Shown here piece by piece: positions 47,707 to 59,617 of a stretch of 64,000 bases of DNA. Source of the stretch: Eledone cirrhosa (taxonomy: Eukaryota). Below the pieces are notes generated by a model. It was not told the origin of the DNA. It ran no database searches and was given only the letters and a program-made list of their open reading frames with translations. Every line of letters starts with the position of its first letter. The first letter of the stretch is position 1. The translations under genes and the position numbers were made by a program. The stretch covers positions 250,170,001 to 250,234,000 of the forward strand of contig OZ024740.1 in the NCBI GenBank assembly GCA_964016885.1, written 5' to 3'.

Positions 47707-47974
47707 AGTTAAGATAGCAATTAACCTGCAATAAATACAGCAGGCCCCCAAACAAACACTTAATTTGTTGTGAATTATATAAGAAAAGGACCCCCCCCCA
47801 CCACCAAAAAACAAAACAAAACAAAAGAATCCTTGTATGTGTTGTTGCTTTTAAAATCCGAAAATAATCAGATTTAAAAGAATTAAGATTATATGCTAAT
47901 GGTTTTTTTATATCAAAATAAACGATGTACACGAAATTACATAATAGCAAAGTTCACATTTTCTCCTAAACAAA

Positions 47975-48940
47975 TATGCCATAGCTGTCCTATTACCACT
48001 TAAGAGATTTGGCCCGGACAAACATCCCCTCAATTTTGGAACCATCTGGATTGTGCAGAATTGATGGGAAAAGAGTTGGCGGTCTTACTCTGTGCCTTAC
48101 CTGGGACGTCACAGTTAGTGACTCTTTTGCTTCTTCCCACATCCTGGATGCAGCGGTTAGAGAGGTTTCTCAGTGCTCCTCGCTATATTGCTAACTTTTG
48201 CTCTGATAGTGTCTCGTTTTACCATTCTTTCACCTGCATTTTGTTCTATGTGGTCTAAAATGTGTGTATTATGTGCTTGTGTATTTTTTCTCTTTCTTTT
48301 TTTCCTTTTCTTTGTATATATTATATTTGTTTGTGTTTTCGTTCTGTAACCATTATATTAAATTTTTATACAAATGAGTTTAAAAAAAAAGAGTTAAACT
48401 GTGTTGTTAATAATTAAAACGTTATACTTGTTTTACCCTTCCATTCCAATTCATCGAACGCTGCTATCATAACTGTATGTGTGTGTTTGTGTAAATGTAT
48501 GTGTGAAAGTATGTGTATTTGTGTGAATGTATGTCCGTGAGCGTGTATTTTTATAAGTTTGTGTTTGCGCGATTGTAGTTATATACTCATACATATAGAT
48601 ATATGTGCACATACACACACGTGTCAACGTGTTGAAAATCACAATCACTCTATCTGTATCTTTCTTGTCACACACTCTCTCTTTCTATATATATGGTAGT
48701 TGAAGTGGTGGTGGTAGCGACGATATACCGGAAGTGTAGAAATGTGAAACATTGAAAAGAAGTCCATTTTGAATAAGCAATAAAATTATTTATATTAAAT
48801 TTAATAAAAAATTACGAAATTTAGTACATAAATTATGTAATATTCATTCATTATTTATTTAAAGTAATCCAACTTATTTTAATAACTGGATTAAAAGAAA
48901 TAAACCATATGCAGTCCCGCACTCATTACTTTATTACAGT
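47975..48940 (-). mobile_element. Second, inverted copy of the Helitron interior including the CRE cargo
   Basis: Reverse complement of about 35140-36385 with a deletion of roughly 250 bp inside the CRE part. Confidence 0.8.
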
Positions 48941-48959
48941 TAAGAGACGTAAAAAAAAA

Positions 48960-49140
48960 AGAAAAGAGTTACATAAGACAGAGGTTGAAGGAAAGAAACA
49001 CTTCTTACGAGTGGAGACAGCCATAGAGAAAGGATGAGAATTAGCAGAAAGACAAGTCTTGATTAGTAACATTAAGAGAGGCAATGTCTTATCGATGAGA
49101 GAAGGGTTGAAGTTTAGCTGCCAAAGCAGGATCAATCATG
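48960..49140 (-). mobile_element. Degenerate CR1/Zenon-like LINE fragment
   Basis: WQLNFNPS...SHPF...FFPSTSVLCNS. Confidence 0.45.
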
Positions 49141-49324
49141 AAACTTACCATACACCAGTATATATGTTAAGAAATATGTAACAAAAAAAAAAATTGATAG
49201 TAAAATGGAGGTGGGAGGATCAGCTTATATTTACGATCAATATTTTGCCAATTTTTACTAACTTCAAAATTGTACATAAATGAGGTACTAGAATGTTTTT
49301 GCTTTGAAAATGAATATTATACTG

Positions 49325-49395
49325 TTTCATGTGAAATCATCATCATCATCATCACCGTATCTTCTTCTTCTTCTTCTTCTTCTTCTTCTTCTTCT
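49325..49395. repeat. (CAT)n(CTT)n compound microsatellite
   Basis: Read directly from the sequence. Confidence 0.85.
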
Positions 49396-49901
49396 CTCTA
49401 GGACTGATACAATAAATTATTATCAAAGGCACTCAGGCCAGTACCATGGTGTCTTTTAGTATTTTAGGGAATATATTGTCATATTTATTTTTATTTAAAA
49501 AAATAAAAGTGTATTTGAGTAAATTTAACATGCATAGAGACTTTTCACTGGGCACATGTTTATTATTTATGATAGTAGGATGTGATTTGAGGATAACATT
49601 TTTTTGTTGTTGTTAATAATACATAACATAGGTTGAAAAATAGAATAAAATATAAAGAAGTTTTGATTGAGAGACAGATTTTGGGTTATTAGTTTCCTTG
49701 TTAACTACTAGAATCCTAAATCAATAAATTATTGACCATTTCTGTTTTCCTCTTTTTTGACCACCCCATCTCCATGTATTTCTTATATGACATTAATTTT
49801 GTGTTTTTGATCCATGGAAAACTGGTAAACATGTCTATCTTGGTTAAAAACCAATTTGCATATTTATGAGCAGTTATTTAATCTTTTATAGCATGTATAT
49901 G

Positions 49902-51780
49902 TCATCATCATCATCACCATTTTACGTCCGCTTTTCCCTGCTTGCAAGGGTGGGACAGATCCTATTCAGCACAGCATCTCTCCACTCGTCATGGTCTTTT
50001 GTCATCTCCACCGTCAACTTCAGCGATCTGAGGTCTGTTCTCACCACCTCCGCCCATGTCTTTCGTGATCTACCTCTACCACGTCTTCCTTCAACTGGCA
50101 TTTCCTGGCACTTCTTCACCCATCGGTCATCCTCCATGCGCATCACATGTCCATACCACCTCAGTCTCCTCTCTCGCACACTACATTCTATCCCTCTCAG
50201 ACACAGTTTCTCTCTCAACACATTCATGGTGGGTCGTTCACGCACATTGACATTGCACATCCAACGGAGCATGCTTGCCTCATTTCTCTCCAGCCGTCGC
50301 ATATCCTCTGCAGTTGCTGCCCATGTCTCACTACCATGCAGCATTGCGCTCCTCACACAGGCATCATATAACTGGCCTTTCGTACGCAGGAAGAAACCCT
50401 TCTTCGTCATCAGAGGAAGCAGCTCCCTAAACTTCTTCCAACCCGTCCTTCTTCTAGATACTATGGCCTCGGAACACCCCTCTTCCATGCTAATCTGATC
50501 TCCTAGGTACCGGAAGCTATCCACCGCTTCTATAGCACCCGCCTGCATTTGAAAAATGTGTTTATCAATGCAACTTCTACTGTCTAATTTCCCTATACAT
50601 CTACTGCATACGTATTTCTCCCTACCTGTTAGTTTGCCTGCTATCCCACTACATTTCTTGTGTGCCCAGGATCTGCATTGTGTGCATTTTATAGAATTTA
50701 TGCCAGTTCCTTTTCTGCATATCGAACATGGCCATTTCCCTGATGGAATCAGAGTTTTGTCCTCTTTTCTACTCATCAACACTTTTGTCTTAGCTAGGTT
50801 CACTCTCAGTCCTCTTGCTTCCAACTGCTGTTTCCATAGCCAGAATTTATTCTCTAGCTCCTCTACTGATTCTGCTATAAGAACCTGATCGTCAGCATAG
50901 AGAAGTTCCCATGGACAGCCAGTCTTAAACTTCTCTGTTATGGCTTGGAGGACTATAATGAACAAGGACCGAACCTTGATGTACTCCTACTTGTATCTGG
51001 AATTCCTCACTAAACTCCATTCCTACCCTGACTTTACTGACAGCACCTCTGTACAAAGTTTGCACTGTCCTCACGAGCCATTCCTCAACACCTAGCTTCC
51101 TTAGGGACCACCTGATGACAGATCGGGGTACCCTATCAAAGGCCTTCTCTAGGTCAACAAAGGCTAAGTATAGTGGCTTATTCTTCTCTAAGAACCTCTC
51201 TTGCAATTGTTTCACCAAGAAGAGGACATCTGTTGTACTTTTCCCAGACACAAAACCAAACTGCATCTCATCTAGTTTGACCCTTTCTCTAATTAGTTGT
51301 GCTAATATCCTTTCTGCCACTTTCATAACCTGATCCATCAGTTTTATACCCCTATAATTGCTCCTCTCCAGAGCATCCCCTTTACCTTTGTAGCAATTTA
51401 TGAGAATACTGCTGCACCAGTCTTTGGGTATGACACCACCATATATAGCCTGATTGATGATGCGTGCAACCAGTATAGTGCCTACGTCCCCTGATGCCTT
51501 CAGCATCTCAGAAACTATCCCCGACGGTCCAGTAGCCTTCCTTACCATTTTTCATTTCCTTAATTGCCTCTTGGACCCTATATTCATCAATCTCAATAGC
51601 TGGTCCTTCTGTCGGATCTACCAAGGGTAATTTCTCTCTCTCCCATTTGTTCTCCACATTCACCAGTCTCTCATAATGACATTTCCAGGCCTCCTTTTTC
51701 TGATCATTCGTGACACTAAGTACACCGGCATCATCCCGGACACATTTATCTCCAACAACATCCTGATTTGCATTGACACA
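49902..51780 (-). mobile_element. RTE-PHD family A, 5'-truncated
   Basis: ORFs 50925-51548 and 49922-50965: YRGIKL, FVDLEKAFD, VGVHQGS, LLYADD, PHD finger, FRYLG. (GAT)n tail. Confidence 0.92.
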
Positions 51781-51788
51781 GTATATAT

Positions 51789-54415
51789 CATCATCAACGT
51801 TTAACGTCCGTGTTCCACGCTTGCATGGGTTTGGACGGGGGTTTTCCCACTTGAGGCAAGAGTAATTGTCTTGCTCGCATAGGACTGTCTGGCAGGTTTT
51901 CTACAGTTGGATGCCCTTCCTAACACCAACCACATTTACAGTGTGGGTCTGGGAGGTTTTTACCGTGTTGCCTACACGGCCACATTACAGTGTGGACTGT
52001 GTGTTTTTTTGTCGTGACACCTACACGATCTCATTTGTTTCGGCCTGGATGTTGTGGCACCAACATAACTTTACATAGAAGGGGGTGGTGTGGATGGGGT
52101 GGGGGTGGGGTGGGGGTATTTTGTTAGAGATGCCTACTGACTGTAGTAGGTTTTACTATGTATTTAGGTAAGGCGGGTCTTCTCTATTACTGAGTACCGC
52201 CAAAGGTCTCGGTCCAGTGACATTGTCTTGGAGAGGTGTAAGTGTGTGAGGTCGGAGTTTATCAGCTCGTCCCAGGTTTTTCTAGGTCTGCCTATTCCGT
52301 GGCTACCGTCTATCTTTATTGCCCTGCACTTTGTTATACAGCTATCGACTTTCATGCGCATCACGTGTCCATACCAACGTAGTCTTCTCTCGAGTAAACA
52401 ACATCTGATCCCTCTTATTTCTAATTTTTTCCTTAGTTCGTTTATGCTTTGCCGTTCACGTATATTACTATTACACATCCAGCGGAGCATGCAAGCTTCG
52501 TTCCTCTCTAGTCTGCGTATATCCTCTGCACACAATGCCCAGGTCTCACTGCCATGCAACATTGCTGTTCGTATGCAGGCATCATACAACCTGCCTTTCA
52601 TTTTTAGGGAGAACCCTTTAGCGGCTATTAGTGGTATAAGCTCTCTGAACTTTTTCCATCCAGTTCTGACTCTAGCTACTGTACTTTCAGAGCACCCTCC
52701 TCCACTGCTGATTTTGTCACCCAGGTAACGGAAGCTGTCCACTATTTCTATAGAGCCCTCTGCGCAGTTGTAAGAGCTAGTATTTTGTGGGCACTTGCTG
52801 CTACTTATTGCACCAGAGCACCGGTCACATGTAAAATCTATGTTCTTAGTTAGCTTACCTGTGATCCCACTACATCTTTTATGCACCCATACTTTGCATT
52901 TGGGACATAAAATGGAGTTTCTACCTACGCCTTTCCTACACACTGAGCATGGCCATTTCCCGGAAGGGACCGCCGCCTTATTTTCTTTCCTACAAACTAG
53001 AACTTTAGTCTTAGCCAGGTTAATTTTAAGGCCTTTTGATTCTAGGCCGTGCTTCCATGTTTGGAATTTCTTCTCTAGCTCGGCCATTGATTCAGCTATG
53101 AGTGTTAGGTCGTCTGCGTATAGGAGTTCCCATGGGCAGCCGGTCTAAAATTCCTCTGTTATAGCCTGAAGGGCAATAATAAATAGTAGGGGGCTGAGAA
53201 CAGAGCCCTGATGGACGCCAACTTTTACGCTAAACTCTTCACTATATTCGTTGTTAATTCTAACCTTGCTGACTGTTTCTTTATACATGGCTTGTATAGC
53301 TCTCACAAGCCATTCGTCGACACCTAGTTTTCTAAGGGCCCACCAGATAATGGAACGGGGGACTCTGTCGAAGGCTTTCTCCAAGTCGACAAAAGCTAAG
53401 TAGAGGGGTTTACCTTTAGCAAGGTACTTCTCCTGTAGTTGTCGTACAATGAAAGGAACGTCTGTGGTACTTTTGCCTGACACAAACCCGAACTGCATTT
53501 CATCTAGGTCAATTCTCTCTCTGATTAGTTGCGCTATTACTTTTTCCGTGACCTTCATGACCTGGTCGATTAATTTAATGCCTCTATAGTTACTCCTATC
53601 TAGGGCATCTCCTTTACCCTTATAACAGTTAACGATGATGCTGCTATGCCAGTCCTTCGGAACAACCCCATTCTGTACGACTTGGTTAACTATCCGGGTG
53701 ACCATGGTGTGTCCCACCGTGCCACATGCCTTCAGCATCTCAGCAACTATTTCCGAAGGCCCAGCCGCCTTACCCGTCTTCATATCCTTGATTGCCTTAC
53801 TTATTATACTACCCTCGACTAACACTGCTGGTCCCTCTATTGGGTCGATGTGGGGGAGACTGTCTTTCTCCCATTTATTCTCCTCATTTAGTAGCCTTTC
53901 ATAGTGACACTTCCAAGCTACCTTCTTATCAGCGTCGGTGATGGCAAGTACGCCGTCATCATTAAGTACACACTTCTCCCCGACAATATCACGGTTTTCC
54001 TTGACACATTGCCTAGCAATCCTGAACACCTCACGTTTTTGGTCCTCGCGTTGTAGAACATGCTTGAACTTTCTTTCCTCTGCTTCCCTTCTTGCGAAGT
54101 ACACTTGTCTCCTAGCTTCCCTCCTGGCCACTTGATAGTCTTCTCTACTTCCCCCATCCCGCCATACTTTCCAAGCCTGCTTTTTGGCCTTAATTGACCC
54201 CTCCACCTTACTGTTCCACCACCATGTTACTCTCCTCCTGCCTACAGGCCTGCTCCAGCCACAGACTTCATTTGCCGCCATCAGCAGGTTTGCTTTCAGA
54301 AATTCCCACTGACCCTCTATAGTGTCCGACTCTAAATGCTCTTCCTTACTGTCGAAAGCATCAAGTAATATGCTTTGAAATTTATTTCTGGCTGTGGGGT
54401 CCTTTAGTTTCCATA
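51789..54415 (-). mobile_element. RTE-PHD family B, 5'-truncated, nearly intact RT
   Basis: ORFs 53145-54281 and 52164-53087 are separated by a single lesion before LLYADD. The 3' UTR is about 370 bp and ends in (GAT)n. Confidence 0.92.
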
Positions 54416-54819
54416 TTTATATAGATACATACAATTGCGGCGCCCCAGCATAATCTGAGCCTGTCAACTTGAATAAGTAATGTGTTACGGGAATAACGGA
54501 AATAACGGAAATGAATAGGTATATGGATAGCTAGAAATAGCAACCATAAAAACCATTCAACAAAACTGAGATGTGATGTTATTTTCCTAACTCAATGTGC
54601 ATTTCAGCCAGTTCTTAGATTTGTTTTAGAGGTATAAGTTATTATGATTAGTTCTCTCTCGCTGATGATGGTAGCTAAATATTGAACTTAACCATTCCAA
54701 ATGTGAAACATGGTTCTACAGCCATTAAGGAATTATATATGAGAGAGTAAAATAGTTATTTGATGTCCAGTATGTACTGTTTGATATATTTTGTTATATA
54801 TATATACATACATATATAT

Positions 54820-55532
54820 GTAGAAAAGGAGCTGGCATAAATTCTATGAAATGTACACAATGTAGATCTTGGGTACACAAGAGATGTAGTGGGATAGCAG
54901 GCAAACTAACAAATCGAGAAAACTATCTATGCAGTAGATGCACAGGGAAATTTGATAGTAGAAGTCGCAGTGATAGACACATTTTTCAATTGCCAGTAGG
55001 TTCTATAGAAGTGGTTGATAGCTTCCGGTATCTAGGTGATCTGATTAGCATGGGAGGGGGGGGGTGTTCCGAGGCCCTAATATCTACAAAAAGGACAGGT
55101 TGGAAAAAGTTTAGGGAGCTGCTTCCTCTGTTGACAAAGAAGGGTTTCTCCCTGCATACGAAAGGGTGGTTATATGATGCCTGTATGGGATGCGTGATGC
55201 TGCATCGTAGTGAGACATGGGCAGCAACTGCAGAGGATATGCGATGGCTGGAGAGAAATGAAGCAAGCATGCTCCATTGGATGGTATGGACATGTGATGC
55301 GCATGGAGGATGACCGCTGGGTAAAGAAGTGCCAAGAAATCCCAGTAGAAGGAACACACAGTCGAGGAAGACCACGAACATCATGGGTGGAGGTGGTGAG
55401 AGCAGACCTCAGATTGCTGCAGTTCACGGAGGAAATGACAAAGGACTGTGACAAGTGGAGAGATGCTGTGCTGAATAGGACTCGTCCCACCCTTGCAAGC
55501 AGGGAAAAGCAGATGTGAAATGATGATGATGA
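54820..55532 (+). mobile_element. RTE-PHD family A 3' fragment with internal deletion
   Basis: ORFs 54846-55313 and 55210-55518; begins inside the PHD finger. Confidence 0.88.
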
Positions 55533-55631
55533 TATATATATATATCATCATCATCACCATCACCGTTTAACGTCCATTTTCCATGGTTGCATGTGTTACA
55601 CAAGTTTTCACATCGAGAGACAAGTCTGGCC

Positions 55632-56230
55632 ATATATATATATAAATATATATATATAAATATTTACACATACACCAATTAAACAAAGTCACAGGTATAT
55701 ATGTGTTTTGGCAACTTTTCACGATGTGGCTCAATGGAGAATTAATAAATTAATCAGAGCAAAATACTATAGAGTAAAGCATGTTCAGAGAATTATTTGA
55801 TAATATATATACATCATCTCTACTCCCAATCACAATAATTAACCACACAAAAAATCAATTAGACCAGGTTATAAGAATAAAAGGCATCTATGAAGAAACA
55901 GTAAATAAATACGCTATTGTGGCGTCTTTGCATGCAACCGCTATAGAATATTTACCCAACATTTCAACAGCACGCGGAAATTAATTAAATATACGGTCAA
56001 CCATACATAATTAGGTAAAAATTAATGTTAGAAATGCTTATATACATACCAGGATTAAATCACTAAATCCCGACCCTAGGGTTTCACTCACTTTTGAGAT
56101 ACGTTATTAAGGTTCATACTCGAGTTAAGAGCTCTTCAGGGGATAAACTCACTAGGACATATTATTTTCCGAAGTGGCTCCTGCCAAAAACGAATTCAAA
56201 ATGGTTGAGAACTGTGACGTGGCAGTGGTT
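55632..56230 (-). mobile_element. Second non-coding Penelope/retrozyme-like unit abutting (TA)n
   Basis: AT-rich, no convincing ORF, contains a hammerhead and ends at a (TA)n run. Boundaries are approximate. Confidence 0.6.
56067..56144 (-). ncRNA. Type I hammerhead ribozyme with palindromic stem III
   Basis: Minus strand: ATCCC CTGAAGA GCTC-(39 nt)-GAGT GAAA CCCTAGGG TC GGGAT. GUC cleavage triplet; predicted cut between 56072 and 56071. Confidence 0.85.
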
Positions 56231-56264
56231 AAGTGAATTGAGAGAGAGACTGAGCATAAGAGGA

Positions 56265-57598
56265 ATACAACAGATGCCCTCTTCTTGGAGAGACAATTAC
56301 AAGAGAGGTACTTAGAGAAGAATAAGCCACCATACTTAGCCTTTATTGACCTAGAGAAGGCCTTTGATAGGATGCCCCGATCTGTCATCTGGTGGTCCCT
56401 AAGGAAACCAGGTGTTGAGGAATGGCTTGTGAGGACAGTGCAAACTTTGTACAGAGGTGCTGTCAGTAAAGTCAGAGTAGGAATGGAGTTTAGTGAGGAA
56501 TTCCAGATACAAGTAGGAGTACATCAAGGTTCAGTCCGTGTTCATTATAGTCCTCCAAGCCATAACAGAGGAGTTTAAGACTGGCTGTCCATGGGAACTT
56601 CTCTATGCTGACGATCTGGTACTTATAGCAGAATCAGTAGAGGAGCTGGCGAATAAATTCTGGCTATGGAAACAGCAGTGGGCAGCAAGAGGACTGAGAG
56701 TGAACCTAGCTAAGACAAAAGTGTTGATGAGTAGAAAAGAGGACAAAACTCTGATTCCGTCAGGGAAATGGCCATGTTCGATATGCAGAAAAGGAACTAG
56801 GATAAATTCTATAAAATGCACACAATGCAGATCCTGGATACACAAGAGATGTAGTGGGATAGCAGGCAAACTAACAGGTAGAGAGAAATACGTATGCAGT
56901 AGATGTATAGGGAAATTAGACAGTAGAAGTTGCATTGATAAACACATTTTTCAAATGCAGGTGGGTGCTATAGAAGTTGTGGATAGCTTCCGGTACCTAG
57001 GAGATCAGATTAGCATGGGAGGGGGTTGTTCTGAGGCCATAGTATCTAGAATAAGGACGGGTTGGAAGAAGTTTAGGGAGCTGCTTCCTCTGCTGACGAA
57101 GAAGGGTTTCACCCTGCATACGAAAGGCCGGTTGTATGATGCCTGTGTGAGGAGCGCGATGCTGCATGGTAGTGAGACATGGGCAGCAACTGCAGAGGAT
57201 ATGCGACGGCTGGAGAGAAATGAGGCAAGCATGCTCCGTTGGATGTGCAATGTCAATGTACGTGAACAACCCAGCATGAATGTGTTGAGAAAGAAACTGT
57301 GTATGAGAGGGATAGAATGTAGTGTGCGAGAGAGGAGACTGAGGTGGTATGGACATGTGATGCACATGGAGGATGACCGATGGGTGAAGAAGTGCCAGAA
57401 AATGCCAGTTGAAGGAAGACGTGGTAGAGGTAGATCACGAAAAATACGGGCGGAGGTGGTGAGAACAGACCTCAGATCGCTGAAGCTGACGGTGGAGATG
57501 ACAAAGGACCGTGACAAGTGGAGAGATGCTGTGCTGAATAAGACCAGTCCCACCCTTGCAAGCAGGGAAAAGTGGACGTAAAATGATGATGATGATGA
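56265..57598 (+). mobile_element. RTE-PHD family A, 5'-truncated
   Basis: ORFs 56285-56578 and 56538-57581; near-identical inverted partner of 49902-51250. Confidence 0.92.
56775..56906 (+). other. PHD finger (C4HC3) coding segment within the RT
   Basis: CSIC-x10-CTQC-x4-H-x2-C-x14-CSRC, located between NLAKTKVL and VDSFRYLG. Confidence 0.85.
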
Positions 57599-57599
57599 T

Positions 57600-58200
57600 T
57601 AGTAGTGGAGGTGGGTGTTCTGAAAGTACAGTAACCAGATTGGAAACGGATGGAAGAAGTTCAGGGAGCTACTACCACTGTTAGCTACTAAAGGCTTTTC
57701 CCTCAAAATGAAAGGCTGACTGTATGCTGCATGCATATGAACAGCAAGGTTACACGGTAGTGAGACCTGTGAGATTTGCGTAGATTGGAAAGAAATGAAG
57801 GTTGTAGGTTCCGTTGGATGTGTAAAAGTAATTTATGTAAAAGTTAACTGAGAGAGAAACTAGGCATAAGAGGAATCGGATGTAGTGAGCAGGAGAGGAG
57901 ATTGTGTTGGTGTAGACATGTGATGCATATGAAGTTTGACAGCTGTATAAAAAGGCGCAGAGTGCTCAAAGTTGATGGAAGCCTTGGCGTGGGTAGACCC
58001 AAGAAGACCTTTCCCAATTGCACTTCTCAAAAGCAATGTCACAGGACGGAGATGTCTGGCATTATGCAGTAATACAGAAGACCCCTATATATAGTGTGCA
58101 CCCCCTTTGACCCAAATTGCTTCAAATGGGACAACCCGTATAACCTATGCTAACATAGAAAAATGGACGTTAAACAGTTATGATGTTAATAATGATGATG
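57600..58200 (+). mobile_element. Older RTE (family B-like) 3' fragment
   Basis: GWKKFRELLPLLATKGFSLKMKG.. and a degenerate (GAT)n tail. Confidence 0.75.
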
Positions 58201-58509
58201 ATATATAATCATCATCATTATGCGGACATGGACTGGCCAAGATCTCTTTCTGGCACCAAATGGCACTCTTTTTTTGAAAGAAAGGTATGGATCTGCACAC
58301 ATCTAACTGCTAACCTACAAGACTTTTGTTTATGTGAGACATAAACAAATATCAATGATAACAGTGTCAAATGCAAAGTAGAGACAACAGGCACACATAC
58401 ACAGATATATGTGTCTACCCTCCACCTTCCACTAGTACTCCCTAACAGTTATTCTCAACTTCCCTATTTCAACCCATCATACACTCATTCCTGGCAGCCT
58501 TCCCCACCA

Positions 58510-59078
58510 CCACAAGTGGTTAGTGATAGGAAGGGCTCACAGCCATAGAAAGCTTGCCAAGCAAACAACCAAAAAGTTTGGAGGACCCTCCAGTCATGTC
58601 ATGGACATGACAACTTCCCTAGTGTAGCTGATTTACACGATAAACACACTCAGTACACACTGTAAAGTGGTTGGTGATAGGAAGGGCATCCAGCCATAGA
58701 AAAGTTGCCAAACAAAGGATTGTGAGGATCCTCTAGTCATGTCAAAGGAACGACAATCTCCCTAGTGCTGGTGATCTACATCACAAACACACCCAGTACA
58801 CACTGTAAAGTGGTTGGTGATAGGAAGGACATCCAGCCATAGAAATCTTGCCAAACAAAAGGTTGGGAGGAACCCCAGTTGTGTCAAAGACATGACAACT
58901 TCTCCTGAGCACTTGATGGAATGTGAAACTGTACATAACTGGGAGATCAGTGACTCTGTTTCAGTACTGTCTTGGTCTATATATACCCGTCCAACCCTTG
59001 CTAGCATGGAAAGGGGGCTTTAAAACAACAATGATGATAACGTGGAAGATGGACATTAAACAATGATGATGATGATGA
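58510..59078 (+). repeat. Three tandem ~145-bp modules derived from the RTE-B 3' UTR, plus terminal tail
   Basis: AAGTGGTT(A/G)GTGATAGGAAGG..CAGCCATAGAAA..TTGCCAA at about 58514, 58665 and 58808. Confidence 0.7.
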
Positions 59079-59142
59079 TATATATATATATTTATGTACT
59101 TCGTTTTTGAATTTATTTTGCAAGATGGTGTGTGTTGAAACA

Positions 59143-59617
59143 GATATTGTTATACTTTGGGAGGGTCATGTAGCCTATAAAAACACACACAACAGTTGAT
59201 TTTCATTTTTCGATTTATTATAAATTTCTGGTTGCTTGGTTGGTTTGATAACCGGATGGTTGTTTATATATTGTCAAGGCTCTTTTGTCACATGTTATGT
59301 GACCTCCTCAGTGACTGGGTTTTTATTTTGTGCCTCTCCTTTGTTTTATCCTACGCTATCTTGTTGGCCACATCAAACCTTTCTCATATCGGCCCATGTT
59401 TTGGTTGTTTTGGTGCCACGATAAAAAAAAAACAATAAGTCACAGAATATGTGACGAAAGAGCTTTGACAATATATAAACAAACATCCAGTTATCGAAAC
59501 AAACATCCAGTTATCGAATCAAACAGCCAACCAGAAATTTATAATAAATTGAAGTGAAAACCAGCAGGGGCATGTGCTTTTATTGGCAACATGACCCTCT
59601 CAAAGTATATCAATATC
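59143..59617. mobile_element. Foldback MITE with imperfect terminal inverted repeats of about 170 bp
   Basis: GATATTGTTATACTTTGGGAGGGTCATG...ATAAATTTCTGGTTG...TATATTGTCAAGGCTCTTTTGTCACAT is mirrored by ATGTGACGAAAGAGCTTTGACAATATA...CAACCAGAAATTTAT...CATGACCCTCTCAAAGTATATCAATATC. Confidence 0.8.
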
